Assembly (NCBI GenBank): GCA_043801585.1
Contig: JAZDLX010000184.1
Location: forward strand, 10,811 to 74,810
Source: a bacterium
Lineage (GTDB): Bacteria; Electryoneota; Electryoneia; Electryoneales; Electryoneaceae
Direction of reading: 5' to 3'
DNA: 64,000 bases
The position numbers and the translations under genes are program-made. The notes under the pieces were generated by a model that made no database searches, was not told where the DNA came from, and saw nothing but the letters and a program-made list of their open reading frames with translations. The stretch's first letter is position 1, and each line of letters starts with the position of its first letter. Of the stretch, positions 37,806 to 46,014 are shown in pieces.

Positions 37806-38800
37806 ACCGAATTGAAGGATTCGGCCTGGCGCCCACTACCGCCGCGTTTGTCGCATCCTACGATCAAAATCGCGGGTGGAATCAGGGGAAATGGATGGAG
37901 CCCGGCGAGCAACTCAAGATTCCTTTGCAAGCCTCGGTTCTGTCCTATGGTCTATCGGTCTTCGAAGGGTTGAAGGCATACAGGACTGTAAAGGACACCA
38001 TCCTCCTCTTCCGGGTTCGCGATCATGCAGAACGGTTCCAACGGTCCGCCAAGGCGGTCGGTTTGCCGACTTTTCCCGTTGAGAAATTCGTTCAGACATG
38101 CCGCGACACTGCTTTGCGCAACGCCGCGCATCTGCCACCGGTGGGCAAGGGGTCCTTGTATCTGCGTCCCGTGTTATTTGCGAACGAGGCGCGACTGGGC
38201 ATGGGTCTTCCCGCGACAGCTCGCTTTGTTCTCTTCGCGAGTCCGGTGTCGGAATACTTTCAGGGTTCCGAACAGGGTGTCAGCCTGTTGCTGCTCGACC
38301 GTTCCCGTGTCCCGGCTGGTGGCATCGGCTATGCCAAGTGTTCCGGGAATTACGCAGGGACGCTTTTGACAAGGGTTCAGGCGATGCATGACGGTTATGA
38401 TGACGTGCTCTACTGCGATGCCCGGAATCCCGGTACCGTTGCCGAGCTGACCGGGGCGAACATTTTCGCCCGAATCGATGAAACGCTGGTGGTGACTCCA
38501 CCAGCGTCCGACCAGATTCTTGCGGGCATTACCCGCGATTCGGTCATTCACCTGATGCGGGACCAGGGAGTGAACGTCGAGGAGCGCCCTCTGACCATAA
38601 CCGAACTTACCGCGGCACAGGAATCGTTTTGCACGGGGACCGCATGGGGTGTTGTCGGAGTCAGAGAGTTGCGCCACGGCTCATCATCCATTCGCTTTCC
38701 CACAATGCAACTTTCCCATCAACTGGTGAAAAAACTGCAAGCCGTCCAAACAGGTGAACGTGCCGATCCATTTGACTGTGAGTTGATTCCGTTTGAGTGA
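37802..38800 (+). CDS. ilvE: Class IV (fold type IV) aminotransferase, branched-chain-aminotransferase-like
   Basis: Motifs are FEGLKAYR, LFRVRDHAERF, LYLRPV, KCSGNYA, ELTGANIF, ILAGITRD and FCTGTA. ATGA overlap with the tyrA stop (37802-37805). Confidence 0.8.
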   Translation: MNRIEGFGLAPTTAAFVASYDQNRGWNQGKWMEPGEQLKIPLQASVLSYGLSVFEGLKAYRTVKDTILLFRVRDHAERFQRSAKAVGLPTFPVEKFVQTCRDTALRNAAHLPPVGKGSLYLRPVLFANEARLGMGLPATARFVLFASPVSEYFQGSEQGVSLLLLDRSRVPAGGIGYAKCSGNYAGTLLTRVQAMHDGYDDVLYCDARNPGTVAELTGANIFARIDETLVVTPPASDQILAGITRDSVIHLMRDQGVNVEERPLTITELTAAQESFCTGTAWGVVGVRELRHGSSSIRFPTMQLSHQLVKKLQAVQTGERADPFDCELIPFE

Positions 38801-38813
38801 TCCACCATGTAAA

Positions 38814-38838
38814 ACGCCGCACCTCGCAGGTACGGCGT
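38814..38838. terminator. Bidirectional terminator-like hairpin between convergent operons
   Basis: ACGCCGCACCT-CGC-AGGTACGGCGT (one mismatch) is flanked by AAAA on the left (a U-run for the minus-strand transcript) and CGCTTCCATTCTGTTC on the right. Confidence 0.5.
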
Positions 38839-38867
38839 CGCTTCCATTCTGTTCAGGGATTCGGTCG

Positions 38868-40478
38868 TTACTGTTCCGTTGGCAAGTAAGTATTTGCATC
38901 CGTTCGGATATAGCGGAGCAACCGATTGTTCTCCGTGTCGGAAATGTAGACAACACCCTCCGAGGTGGCGACTCCCGTAGGTCCACTGAGGATCGGCCAC
39001 AGGACTTTCACCGTGGAATCTGCCGCCACTGAAAGGTCGAACATCGTGTCTTGCTGGGCGATATAGGTTTGCAAAACGGGGGGATTCAGCAGATCCGAGT
39101 ACGCAAGATCGAGAGATTGCAGGACGCTGGCGAAGGATTGTGCGGAATCCAGCAAAACCGTAGTAGTCCTTGCGGAAAGAAATCCCACGAGGTCCGGGTT
39201 CAAAACAGCGTCCAACTCGTCTCCCCGTTGCGCCAGGTAATCATCCAGTAACTCGCCGGCATTCAGGTCGATAAATTCCGGTTCGGCGGCAACCTCACGA
39301 AATTTGAAACCATTCGGAAAGAACGCCGTCACCCGATTCTGTCTTTGATCCGCAACGTAGATCAATCCAAGACCACGGGCATCCCGTTCGCCCACGGCAA
39401 CCGACATCGGTCTGCTGAAATAATTCAGTTTCAGCAGTTGCGGTTCACCCTCTTCCGTGACCGAAATATCAAAATACCAGTTCGATCCCGTTCCCGTGAC
39501 TTTCTGAACTTTGAAGTTGCCTGCTGACTGCGCGAAGAAAATCGAAGTCGAACTTCCACCACCCTGTGTGACGAGACTGGTCGGAGAGTTTGCCGATCCC
39601 CGCCCCTGTCCAGCACCCACAGCAACAGCATGGTGATTACCAAGATATGTATAGAAGACTACTCCGTTATCGAGAACAAGCAAACGCTTGGGCAGCACCG
39701 ATATTTCAACGATACGATCGTCCTGTTCATCGGTGAAGTAGATCATATGCGAATTGGCGCCCCCTGCGGCGACATCAGTAAGTTTCGGTTTTGCTGCCGT
39801 TCCGATTGCGTAGGAATGATCTACATAGAAGAGATAAGGATTCGTTACAGATGCCAGTGAATCCGGGTCGGTCGTGGAAGTGTAATCGGCGACCACATAA
39901 TTCTGGGCATCGAACATACCAAGCTGCTGATAGAGAGGCGTTGAATTGTCAAGGACTACAGTATCCTCGGTTGCTGGGTTCACAAAGGTGACCGTCTGAA
40001 TCAACGCCTGAATACCTGTCTGGGCGGCATACTGGTTCCAGCAATAGATTTTGTCGGTCCCATTCACCATGAAGAGGTTCAGCTTGGTATCCTGACCAAT
40101 TCCCCTCGGAGCATTCGACGTATCCGTCACCGAAGTGAACAGATTATCCCTGACTGTGGATCCAGTGGTTGTCAATTGAACCACGTGACCATTGGTGTTT
40201 CCGTCCACCTCGGTAAAATCCACTACATACATAAAACCATCTGGGCCGATTAAAAGATCGGCTGGATTTGTCCATGTGTAGCCGTGGGCTGCATCCCAAT
40301 CGGGAGAAAGACGAACGAAACTCGTATCGTTTGCACCGAAGTCCTCAACCTTGTTTTCGATCGCGGTCGGCAACGCGGGGTGATCTCCGCATCCCGTCAT
40401 CATCAGTCCGGTCATCAGCAGAACCGCCAGGCTGATCATCGATGCGTTGGCAAATCGTATGGTATAATGCCGCATCAT
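38868..40478 (-). CDS. Hypothetical lipoprotein, beta-propeller / NHL-repeat-like
   Basis: Lipobox LMMTG-C-GDH. It has recurrent propeller-like strands (GFMYVVDF, LIYVADQRQNRV, GVVYISDTENNRLLRY). It is the last gene of the TonB-receptor operon, with a 14-nt gap to the upstream gene. Confidence 0.55.
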   Translation of the reverse strand: MMRHYTIRFANASMISLAVLLMTGLMMTGCGDHPALPTAIENKVEDFGANDTSFVRLSPDWDAAHGYTWTNPADLLIGPDGFMYVVDFTEVDGNTNGHVVQLTTTGSTVRDNLFTSVTDTSNAPRGIGQDTKLNLFMVNGTDKIYCWNQYAAQTGIQALIQTVTFVNPATEDTVVLDNSTPLYQQLGMFDAQNYVVADYTSTTDPDSLASVTNPYLFYVDHSYAIGTAAKPKLTDVAAGGANSHMIYFTDEQDDRIVEISVLPKRLLVLDNGVVFYTYLGNHHAVAVGAGQGRGSANSPTSLVTQGGGSSTSIFFAQSAGNFKVQKVTGTGSNWYFDISVTEEGEPQLLKLNYFSRPMSVAVGERDARGLGLIYVADQRQNRVTAFFPNGFKFREVAAEPEFIDLNAGELLDDYLAQRGDELDAVLNPDLVGFLSARTTTVLLDSAQSFASVLQSLDLAYSDLLNPPVLQTYIAQQDTMFDLSVAADSTVKVLWPILSGPTGVATSEGVVYISDTENNRLLRYIRTDANTYLPTEQ

Positions 40479-40492
40479 TGGCTCGGTCGTCC

Positions 40493-41620
40493 TTAGAAGG
40501 AAAATTCCAGGCTCAAACGTGTCACCTGATCCAACAATCCGAATTCCGTATAACTGACGTCCACACTCATCGCCTTTGTACTGAAAGGCAGTCGTAAACC
40601 TGCGCCGACCGTCCAGGGATCCTCATCCGTATTCGCCTTGAGACCGCCGCGAATGTAGAATTGCCCGGCGAATGAATACTCCGCGCCAGTGACAAAGTTC
40701 TCCGAATTGTCTACAGGATGGTTCAACTGGAAGGAAGCAAGCAATCTGTGGGGACCGCTGGCAAACAACGTCATCGCGGCACCCACGCGAAATTCGGTTG
40801 GAGGACTGAATTCCGTGAAACCCGTCTCAACAATGTCACCGTTGGGGTCTGGCGCAAGGAAACTCCCCTTCGGACTGGCATTGGGACCAAAGTGCATCAA
40901 CGCCACACCGATTCGCAGATCGCGGTAGCCTGTCCAGTAATAGGTGCCGATATCGAACATCACGTTGTCCATCTGGGTATCGGCAAGGGTCTCACGAACA
41001 CCCTTGAGCGTGATCCCCCACGAGAAGTTCTGGGTCATTTCCCAGGCGAACGTTGCGCCGATCTGCACGTCGCCGTAACTGTAATACTCGCCTGTGCCAT
41101 CCGGGTGGTATTCCGTGGTGATTTCCTGGTCCGGTGCCTGCAAGCTGATGGCGGACACACCGATCGCACCAATGCTGATCGGCATCACCGCGCTGACGGC
41201 GCTGTAGCTAAGGTCACCAATCCATTTGAAACTGACCAATCCCACGCTGTAACGTCCGCCGGAAAGCCTGTTGATTCCCGTTCTCGGTCCCTTGACCCCC
41301 TCGGCAGGACGCTGGGGATCCACGGTGTAAGCGCCGTTCCAGCGGTTGTAAATCTGCGCGATCCCCCCCGGATTCCAGAAGGAAGCAAATGCATCGTTGG
41401 CAATCGCTACATAGGCACCGCCGAGTCCTTCGGCACGGGAACCAACCGGAATCTTGAGGAAAGTCATCGCCGAAGTGCCGACACGCTGATCACCGAAGTT
41501 CGGGAAAAGACTCTGAGCCTGGGCGGACGGTAGCGCCATCACAAGAACCAACAGGGCAACAATACCTGCCAGTATTTTGATGTTCGCAGTCATTGCGTTT
41601 TTCACGTTTCTGCGTCCCAT
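40493..41620 (-). CDS. PorV/PorQ-family-like outer-membrane beta-barrel
   Basis: Signal peptide (ILAGIVALLVLVMALPSAQA). The N-terminal motif is GSRAEGLGGAYVAIANDAFASFWNPGGIAQI. The sequence has an alternating beta-strand character and a C-terminal ...SLEFSF. I chose the start at 41620 (SD GGTGAGG), 2 nt after the receptor stop; an alternative start is 41593. Confidence 0.55.
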   Translation of the reverse strand: MGRRNVKNAMTANIKILAGIVALLVLVMALPSAQAQSLFPNFGDQRVGTSAMTFLKIPVGSRAEGLGGAYVAIANDAFASFWNPGGIAQIYNRWNGAYTVDPQRPAEGVKGPRTGINRLSGGRYSVGLVSFKWIGDLSYSAVSAVMPISIGAIGVSAISLQAPDQEITTEYHPDGTGEYYSYGDVQIGATFAWEMTQNFSWGITLKGVRETLADTQMDNVMFDIGTYYWTGYRDLRIGVALMHFGPNASPKGSFLAPDPNGDIVETGFTEFSPPTEFRVGAAMTLFASGPHRLLASFQLNHPVDNSENFVTGAEYSFAGQFYIRGGLKANTDEDPWTVGAGLRLPFSTKAMSVDVSYTEFGLLDQVTRLSLEFSF

Positions 41621-41622
41621 GC

Positions 41623-44385
41623 TCAGAACCTCACCGAAGTGCCGAAAAATACCTGTCGAGGTGCTTTGTACCGGCCGGGATCGACGAGAATGAAGCCCTG
41701 CGCGTTTTCCCATGACACCGGTGCCGGATCACCTCTCTCATAGGGATGACCGGTAAGTGCATTGATCTGGTTCGGCACTTTGAAATCAAATGCGTTCAAC
41801 GCCTCAATGAAGAACCGCACACTGGTCCTTTGGGCAAGAGGTATCTCTTTGTACAGCTTGATATCCACGGTATTCCACCACGGCGCCAGCTCGCTGTACC
41901 GCTCACCCGATTCCTGATAGTCCTGGCCTTCGTTGGTGAGTACGATCGGGGTATAACGTTTGCCTGTCGAAAGATCCCACCGCACGCTGCCACCCCAGTT
42001 CGTCGGCCAATTAATGCCGAACCAGTGTGGAGGGCTGTTTGGAGGAACCCTCAACCAGACCGTCAGGCCAAGCCGGATGGGGGTATCCCAGGCGAGGTAT
42101 TCCTCACCCAGTGTCTTCTCCTGGATGTGGGTATCCGCAGCAGCCTGAATCGCCGCCGCAGCGCTTGAGCTCTTCCCCGTCGCTATCTGGTACGCGAAGT
42201 CCACATTCCCCGACCAGTAGGTTCCCTGCCGCGCCCGGAAACGCATCTCCAGGCCGCGTACACGCGCATAGTCCTGGTTGAAATATTGATAGTACGAGAT
42301 GTTGCCGAGACGCGGGTTCGAGCTTGTCACCTGGAACGAAGTGGCGTAATCGTAAAGGTCCTTGTAAAACGCGGAGATCTCGAGCACCTGGTTGCCCGTG
42401 AACCGGTGCTTGATACCCATCTCGTAGGACACGGTTGTCTGGGGATTCAGGTTCGGATTTCCGAAAAGCTGATAGGTGCTCGGGCTGTAGGATCTCAGCT
42501 TGCTGAAGACGTATGCGTACTTGGGCCGCTGGCTGAAATGCCCGTAGTTGAAAAAGAGCACATCCGAATCCGTCACCGGGTGGCTGACGCCGAGGCGGGG
42601 GCTCAAGTGGGATTTGATGCGACGACCAAGAATCTCGCTCGTCTCATCCATGTAAAGCTGACGCGCCGCATCGGTCAGAGTGATCACATTCGGATCGGCG
42701 ATCGCGTCCTCCACGTACTTCCCCGGATTCCACCAATCGAAGCGGAGGCCGACGTTCGCGATCATCCCCTTGAACTCAATCTTGTCCTGGGCGTAGAACG
42801 TGCCCGCTTCCGACATCGCGGAATACATATCATAATCACCGCCGAGGTCGGTGGATGCAACCCATGGATCATGGACTGTCAAGGATTGCAGTTTTGTCTG
42901 TTCGTACTCGATACCGATCTTCACCAGATTCCGGCTGTTCGCCTGACTGGTGAGTTTCCACTTCAACTGAAAGGTGTCGTTGTAGTGATCGTGGTAGGTA
43001 TCACCGTTTCCGACATCCCACAGGCCGTCACCCGTTTTTGTGAGGATTTCGCCCAGATTGCCGACATCGTAGAAAACCGGAAGGTTGTCAACCGGCTGGG
43101 TGTAATCGGTGTAATACTTCCCCAGCGGCGCACTTGTCACTCTGTTGTAGAAATTGCCCAGGGTCAATTCATAAAAGGTCTTTCTCGACAGAGTATGGGT
43201 GATGTTCAAACCGTGCTGAATGCCTTCACGCGAGATTGTATTGTACTGGGAGAGAATATCCATGTACTCCAGCGGGAAATATTTTTTATCCTCCACCACC
43301 GCGTCGAAGTATCCCTGATTGATCTGAAGACTCCTGCCGAAGTTATATGAAATTTTGAACGTAGGAATTGGTTTGTAGGTGTACTTCGCCATGATTGAAT
43401 AATTGTTTTCTTCGCGAAGTGCAAAGGGATCCCATTGGTTTCGTATCGGAACGAGTTCGCCTGAAGCATTCGGGAGATAAGTGTCCGAGACATACCCGTA
43501 TCCATTCAAGAAAATCGAAGACTTACCGGGTACGTCCAGCCCGATCGATTTCAGAGCACCGCTGGTGATCGGGTCGGGACCGCCAAGCGAAAATTCGACA
43601 TTGTTCGTATTCTGGTGCCGGGAGGGCCAACCAGAGAAATTGTCGGTTTTCGTCTGAAAACTCCCTTCCCACTCGTCGCCGCCTTCCTTGGTCTCCACGT
43701 TGACGAGGCCCGACATCGCCTGGCCGTATTCCGCGTTGAAACCGCCCGTGATCACTTCGATTTCCTTGACGGCTTCCGCGGAGATGTAAACGCCCAACCC
43801 CTGTCCGCTGATGGGATCCTTAACAGACAAGTTGTCGATGATGTACATGTTTTCGTCGGCCCGGCCTCCGCGAATGTGTACATCGCTGTTGTCCTTGACC
43901 ACTCCCACCTGCTGGCCGATGACGTCGTTCAGCCCTTCGACGACGAGTTCGTTGATCTCCTTGCTGTTTATCGTGCGCGAGGTGGCTGTCTGATCCACAT
44001 CGAGCAAAGGTCGTTCGCCGATTATGACAATCTCCTGACCCAGCGAGAGCACGGTGGGCTCGAGGGCGATGTCCACGGTCAGGATTTCATCACCCTCGAT
44101 CCGCAGATCGGTGTTAAGGTACAATTTATACCCGATGGAACTGGCCTGAAGATCGTAGCTTCCCGGGTTGACAGCCATGATGACATAGTTGCCGTCAAGG
44201 TCCGTTGAAGCGCCCTTGTAGGTGCCCTTCAGAATGATGTTCACGCCAACCAGCGGTTCGCCTGTCTGGGCGTTGGTTATCGAGCCCATGATTCGGCCGG
44301 CGAAAGCTGGGATCGCCGCAACCATCAATATGGAAGCCAACAGCAGAACAATTGCGGCGCGTGCAGTCACAATTCTCCTATTCAT
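41623..44385 (-). CDS. TonB-dependent outer-membrane receptor with an N-terminal carboxypeptidase-regulatory-like domain
   Basis: 920 aa. After the signal peptide comes GRIMGSITNAQTGEPLVGVNIILKGT...DLDGNYVI (a CarboxypepD_reg-like domain). Plug motifs follow (IRGGRADENMYIIDNLSVKDP, ITGGFNAEYGQAMSG), then a long beta-barrel ending ...GTSVRF. Confidence 0.85.
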   Translation of the reverse strand: MNRRIVTARAAIVLLLASILMVAAIPAFAGRIMGSITNAQTGEPLVGVNIILKGTYKGASTDLDGNYVIMAVNPGSYDLQASSIGYKLYLNTDLRIEGDEILTVDIALEPTVLSLGQEIVIIGERPLLDVDQTATSRTINSKEINELVVEGLNDVIGQQVGVVKDNSDVHIRGGRADENMYIIDNLSVKDPISGQGLGVYISAEAVKEIEVITGGFNAEYGQAMSGLVNVETKEGGDEWEGSFQTKTDNFSGWPSRHQNTNNVEFSLGGPDPITSGALKSIGLDVPGKSSIFLNGYGYVSDTYLPNASGELVPIRNQWDPFALREENNYSIMAKYTYKPIPTFKISYNFGRSLQINQGYFDAVVEDKKYFPLEYMDILSQYNTISREGIQHGLNITHTLSRKTFYELTLGNFYNRVTSAPLGKYYTDYTQPVDNLPVFYDVGNLGEILTKTGDGLWDVGNGDTYHDHYNDTFQLKWKLTSQANSRNLVKIGIEYEQTKLQSLTVHDPWVASTDLGGDYDMYSAMSEAGTFYAQDKIEFKGMIANVGLRFDWWNPGKYVEDAIADPNVITLTDAARQLYMDETSEILGRRIKSHLSPRLGVSHPVTDSDVLFFNYGHFSQRPKYAYVFSKLRSYSPSTYQLFGNPNLNPQTTVSYEMGIKHRFTGNQVLEISAFYKDLYDYATSFQVTSSNPRLGNISYYQYFNQDYARVRGLEMRFRARQGTYWSGNVDFAYQIATGKSSSAAAAIQAAADTHIQEKTLGEEYLAWDTPIRLGLTVWLRVPPNSPPHWFGINWPTNWGGSVRWDLSTGKRYTPIVLTNEGQDYQESGERYSELAPWWNTVDIKLYKEIPLAQRTSVRFFIEALNAFDFKVPNQINALTGHPYERGDPAPVSWENAQGFILVDPGRYKAPRQVFFGTSVRF

Positions 44386-45895
44386 CGAACACCACCTGGA
44401 TGAATCTGCCTACAATCGCGGGGTCTTTGATCGTCTCCAAAGGTACCGTTAACAGCGTGTACGATTTGTCAACCCTGCGAACGCAGACAATCGGTGTCCC
44501 GCTGTACTGCGGAGGACTTTTCACGCTGGGATCAAGGCGGTAGAGAATTTCGATCCCGGGTTTTTCAGCGAGGCCAATCCAGACGCGACTTACCAATTCG
44601 TCCAGCATCATCGTCGGCAGCCCGGTTCCTTCTTCAGGCACAAAGTACACGGTGTCCGCTGCTGATGTGTAGACACGGGGCCGACTCAAATCATAGTTGA
44701 TTGCGTACGTGCTGTCCGACAAATCGAGAACCATCCCGGTGTCCACGGTCATCGTCGTTAAAAGCATTCGGTTGCCGGGGGTATTGATAAACCCGTACAT
44801 GGAGTTGAAAGCCTGCCGCAGCAGAGGTGTGCCATAGAAGGAATACCAGAGTACCCGCTTGAATTTGAGCAGCGTTTCCGAAATATCGACGGCGACATAG
44901 GGCAATTCAGTGCCCAGTTCCCAGGTGCTGTACACATCGCCTTCCTCGCCACCGTACAGGGAATCGAAAATGGCGCGGTAGAAATCCAGATGCACGTTCC
45001 CTTCATCGAGATAGTAGTCGTCCACAATCAGATAATCGCCTGCCGGTTGTTTCACCACCCACTTCAACGGATCGCTGGCAACATGAGAATCCGGGAAATG
45101 AATCGTCGGAGACTGGAATCCGGCAAGGTCTTCCACTTTCAGCCAGAAGTTGTGTTCTCCCGTTTCAAGATCACGAAGTGTTACGGTATTGTAGATCGCG
45201 TCCATCTCCTGCCAGGCGGTATCGCCCGGAAGCGGATCGAGGGCATAGTAAACTTTTTCAATGGTCTGGTAGCCATCGGGGTCCGTAGCATCCCAGGCAA
45301 ACGACCGAACATTGAAGGTTTTGTAAGTCTTGCCAGCATAGGATACCGGATTCGACGCAAGACGGAACGACACGTCCGGCCGGCTGTTGAAGACAGGAAA
45401 GGTGATCGTCGCAGGATCCGGATCGATCGCGCCTTCGTTGTCAACCGCCAGGACCTGGAATGTGAATTCCGCGGTCGGGGTGCGAATCGGGAGAGTGAAC
45501 TCCTTTTGCTCAAGCGTTGTCGAATTCCAGGTGGAATCGTTCACCTGCTGCCAAGAGTCGTCATACCATTGAGTGTCGACGACGATCCCGAGAGTATCAG
45601 TGACAAGCAATCCCCAGCGATACTCGTAGCTGACGATCCATCCATCAGAATCTTCAGCCCACCAATGCATCACCTTGTTACTTGAACTTGCAACCGGTAA
45701 TACTCCCGGATCCGGTACAATCGACAAGTAGGTCTGCGGAGGACGATTATCCGAGCTTCCCAGTACATTCCCGGTCCGTCCATCCGCCCCAACCGGGTCG
45801 AGATTCTGACAGCCGAGCTGAACCAGCGCAATCAATGCCAAGGTCAGCACCGCTGCTAAAACCACCAAACCCGTCTTGCGTGCACTCATCTCCAA
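44378..45895 (-). CDS. Hypothetical lipoprotein (beta-rich, unknown function)
   Basis: Lipobox LVQLG-C-QNL. It has two D-x-D-G-containing Ig-like segments (EDSDGWIVSYEYRW, DATDPDGYQTIEKVYY). It overlaps the receptor start by 8 nt. No catalytic motif was recognised. Confidence 0.55.
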   Translation of the reverse strand: MEMSARKTGLVVLAAVLTLALIALVQLGCQNLDPVGADGRTGNVLGSSDNRPPQTYLSIVPDPGVLPVASSSNKVMHWWAEDSDGWIVSYEYRWGLLVTDTLGIVVDTQWYDDSWQQVNDSTWNSTTLEQKEFTLPIRTPTAEFTFQVLAVDNEGAIDPDPATITFPVFNSRPDVSFRLASNPVSYAGKTYKTFNVRSFAWDATDPDGYQTIEKVYYALDPLPGDTAWQEMDAIYNTVTLRDLETGEHNFWLKVEDLAGFQSPTIHFPDSHVASDPLKWVVKQPAGDYLIVDDYYLDEGNVHLDFYRAIFDSLYGGEEGDVYSTWELGTELPYVAVDISETLLKFKRVLWYSFYGTPLLRQAFNSMYGFINTPGNRMLLTTMTVDTGMVLDLSDSTYAINYDLSRPRVYTSAADTVYFVPEEGTGLPTMMLDELVSRVWIGLAEKPGIEILYRLDPSVKSPPQYSGTPIVCVRRVDKSYTLLTVPLETIKDPAIVGRFIQVVFDE

Positions 45896-45933
45896 CAGTC
45901 CTCCGAACCGGACAGAACGACTTTCCGATCTTC

Positions 45934-45983
45934 AAAAGAATCCCCTCCCCACGCATCAATCGTGATGTTGATGCGTGGGGAGG
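45934..45983 (-). terminator. Terminator-like 16-bp perfect hairpin after the 968-aa gene
   Basis: CCTCCCCACGCATCAA (45944-45959) is the exact reverse complement of TTGATGCGTGGGGAGG (45968-45983). On the minus strand the stem is followed by GGATTCTTTTGAAG. Confidence 0.6.
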
Positions 45984-46014
45984 TTGAGAATCGAATCAAT
46001 GTCAGATGCTTCTG

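Noticed and set aside
41623-45895. Canonical SusC/SusD polysaccharide utilisation locus
   Set aside because: The receptor has the SusC-like CarboxypepD_reg N-terminus, but no SusD-like helical lipoprotein follows it. The adjacent lipoprotein is upstream and beta-rich, and the downstream gene is a PorV-like barrel.
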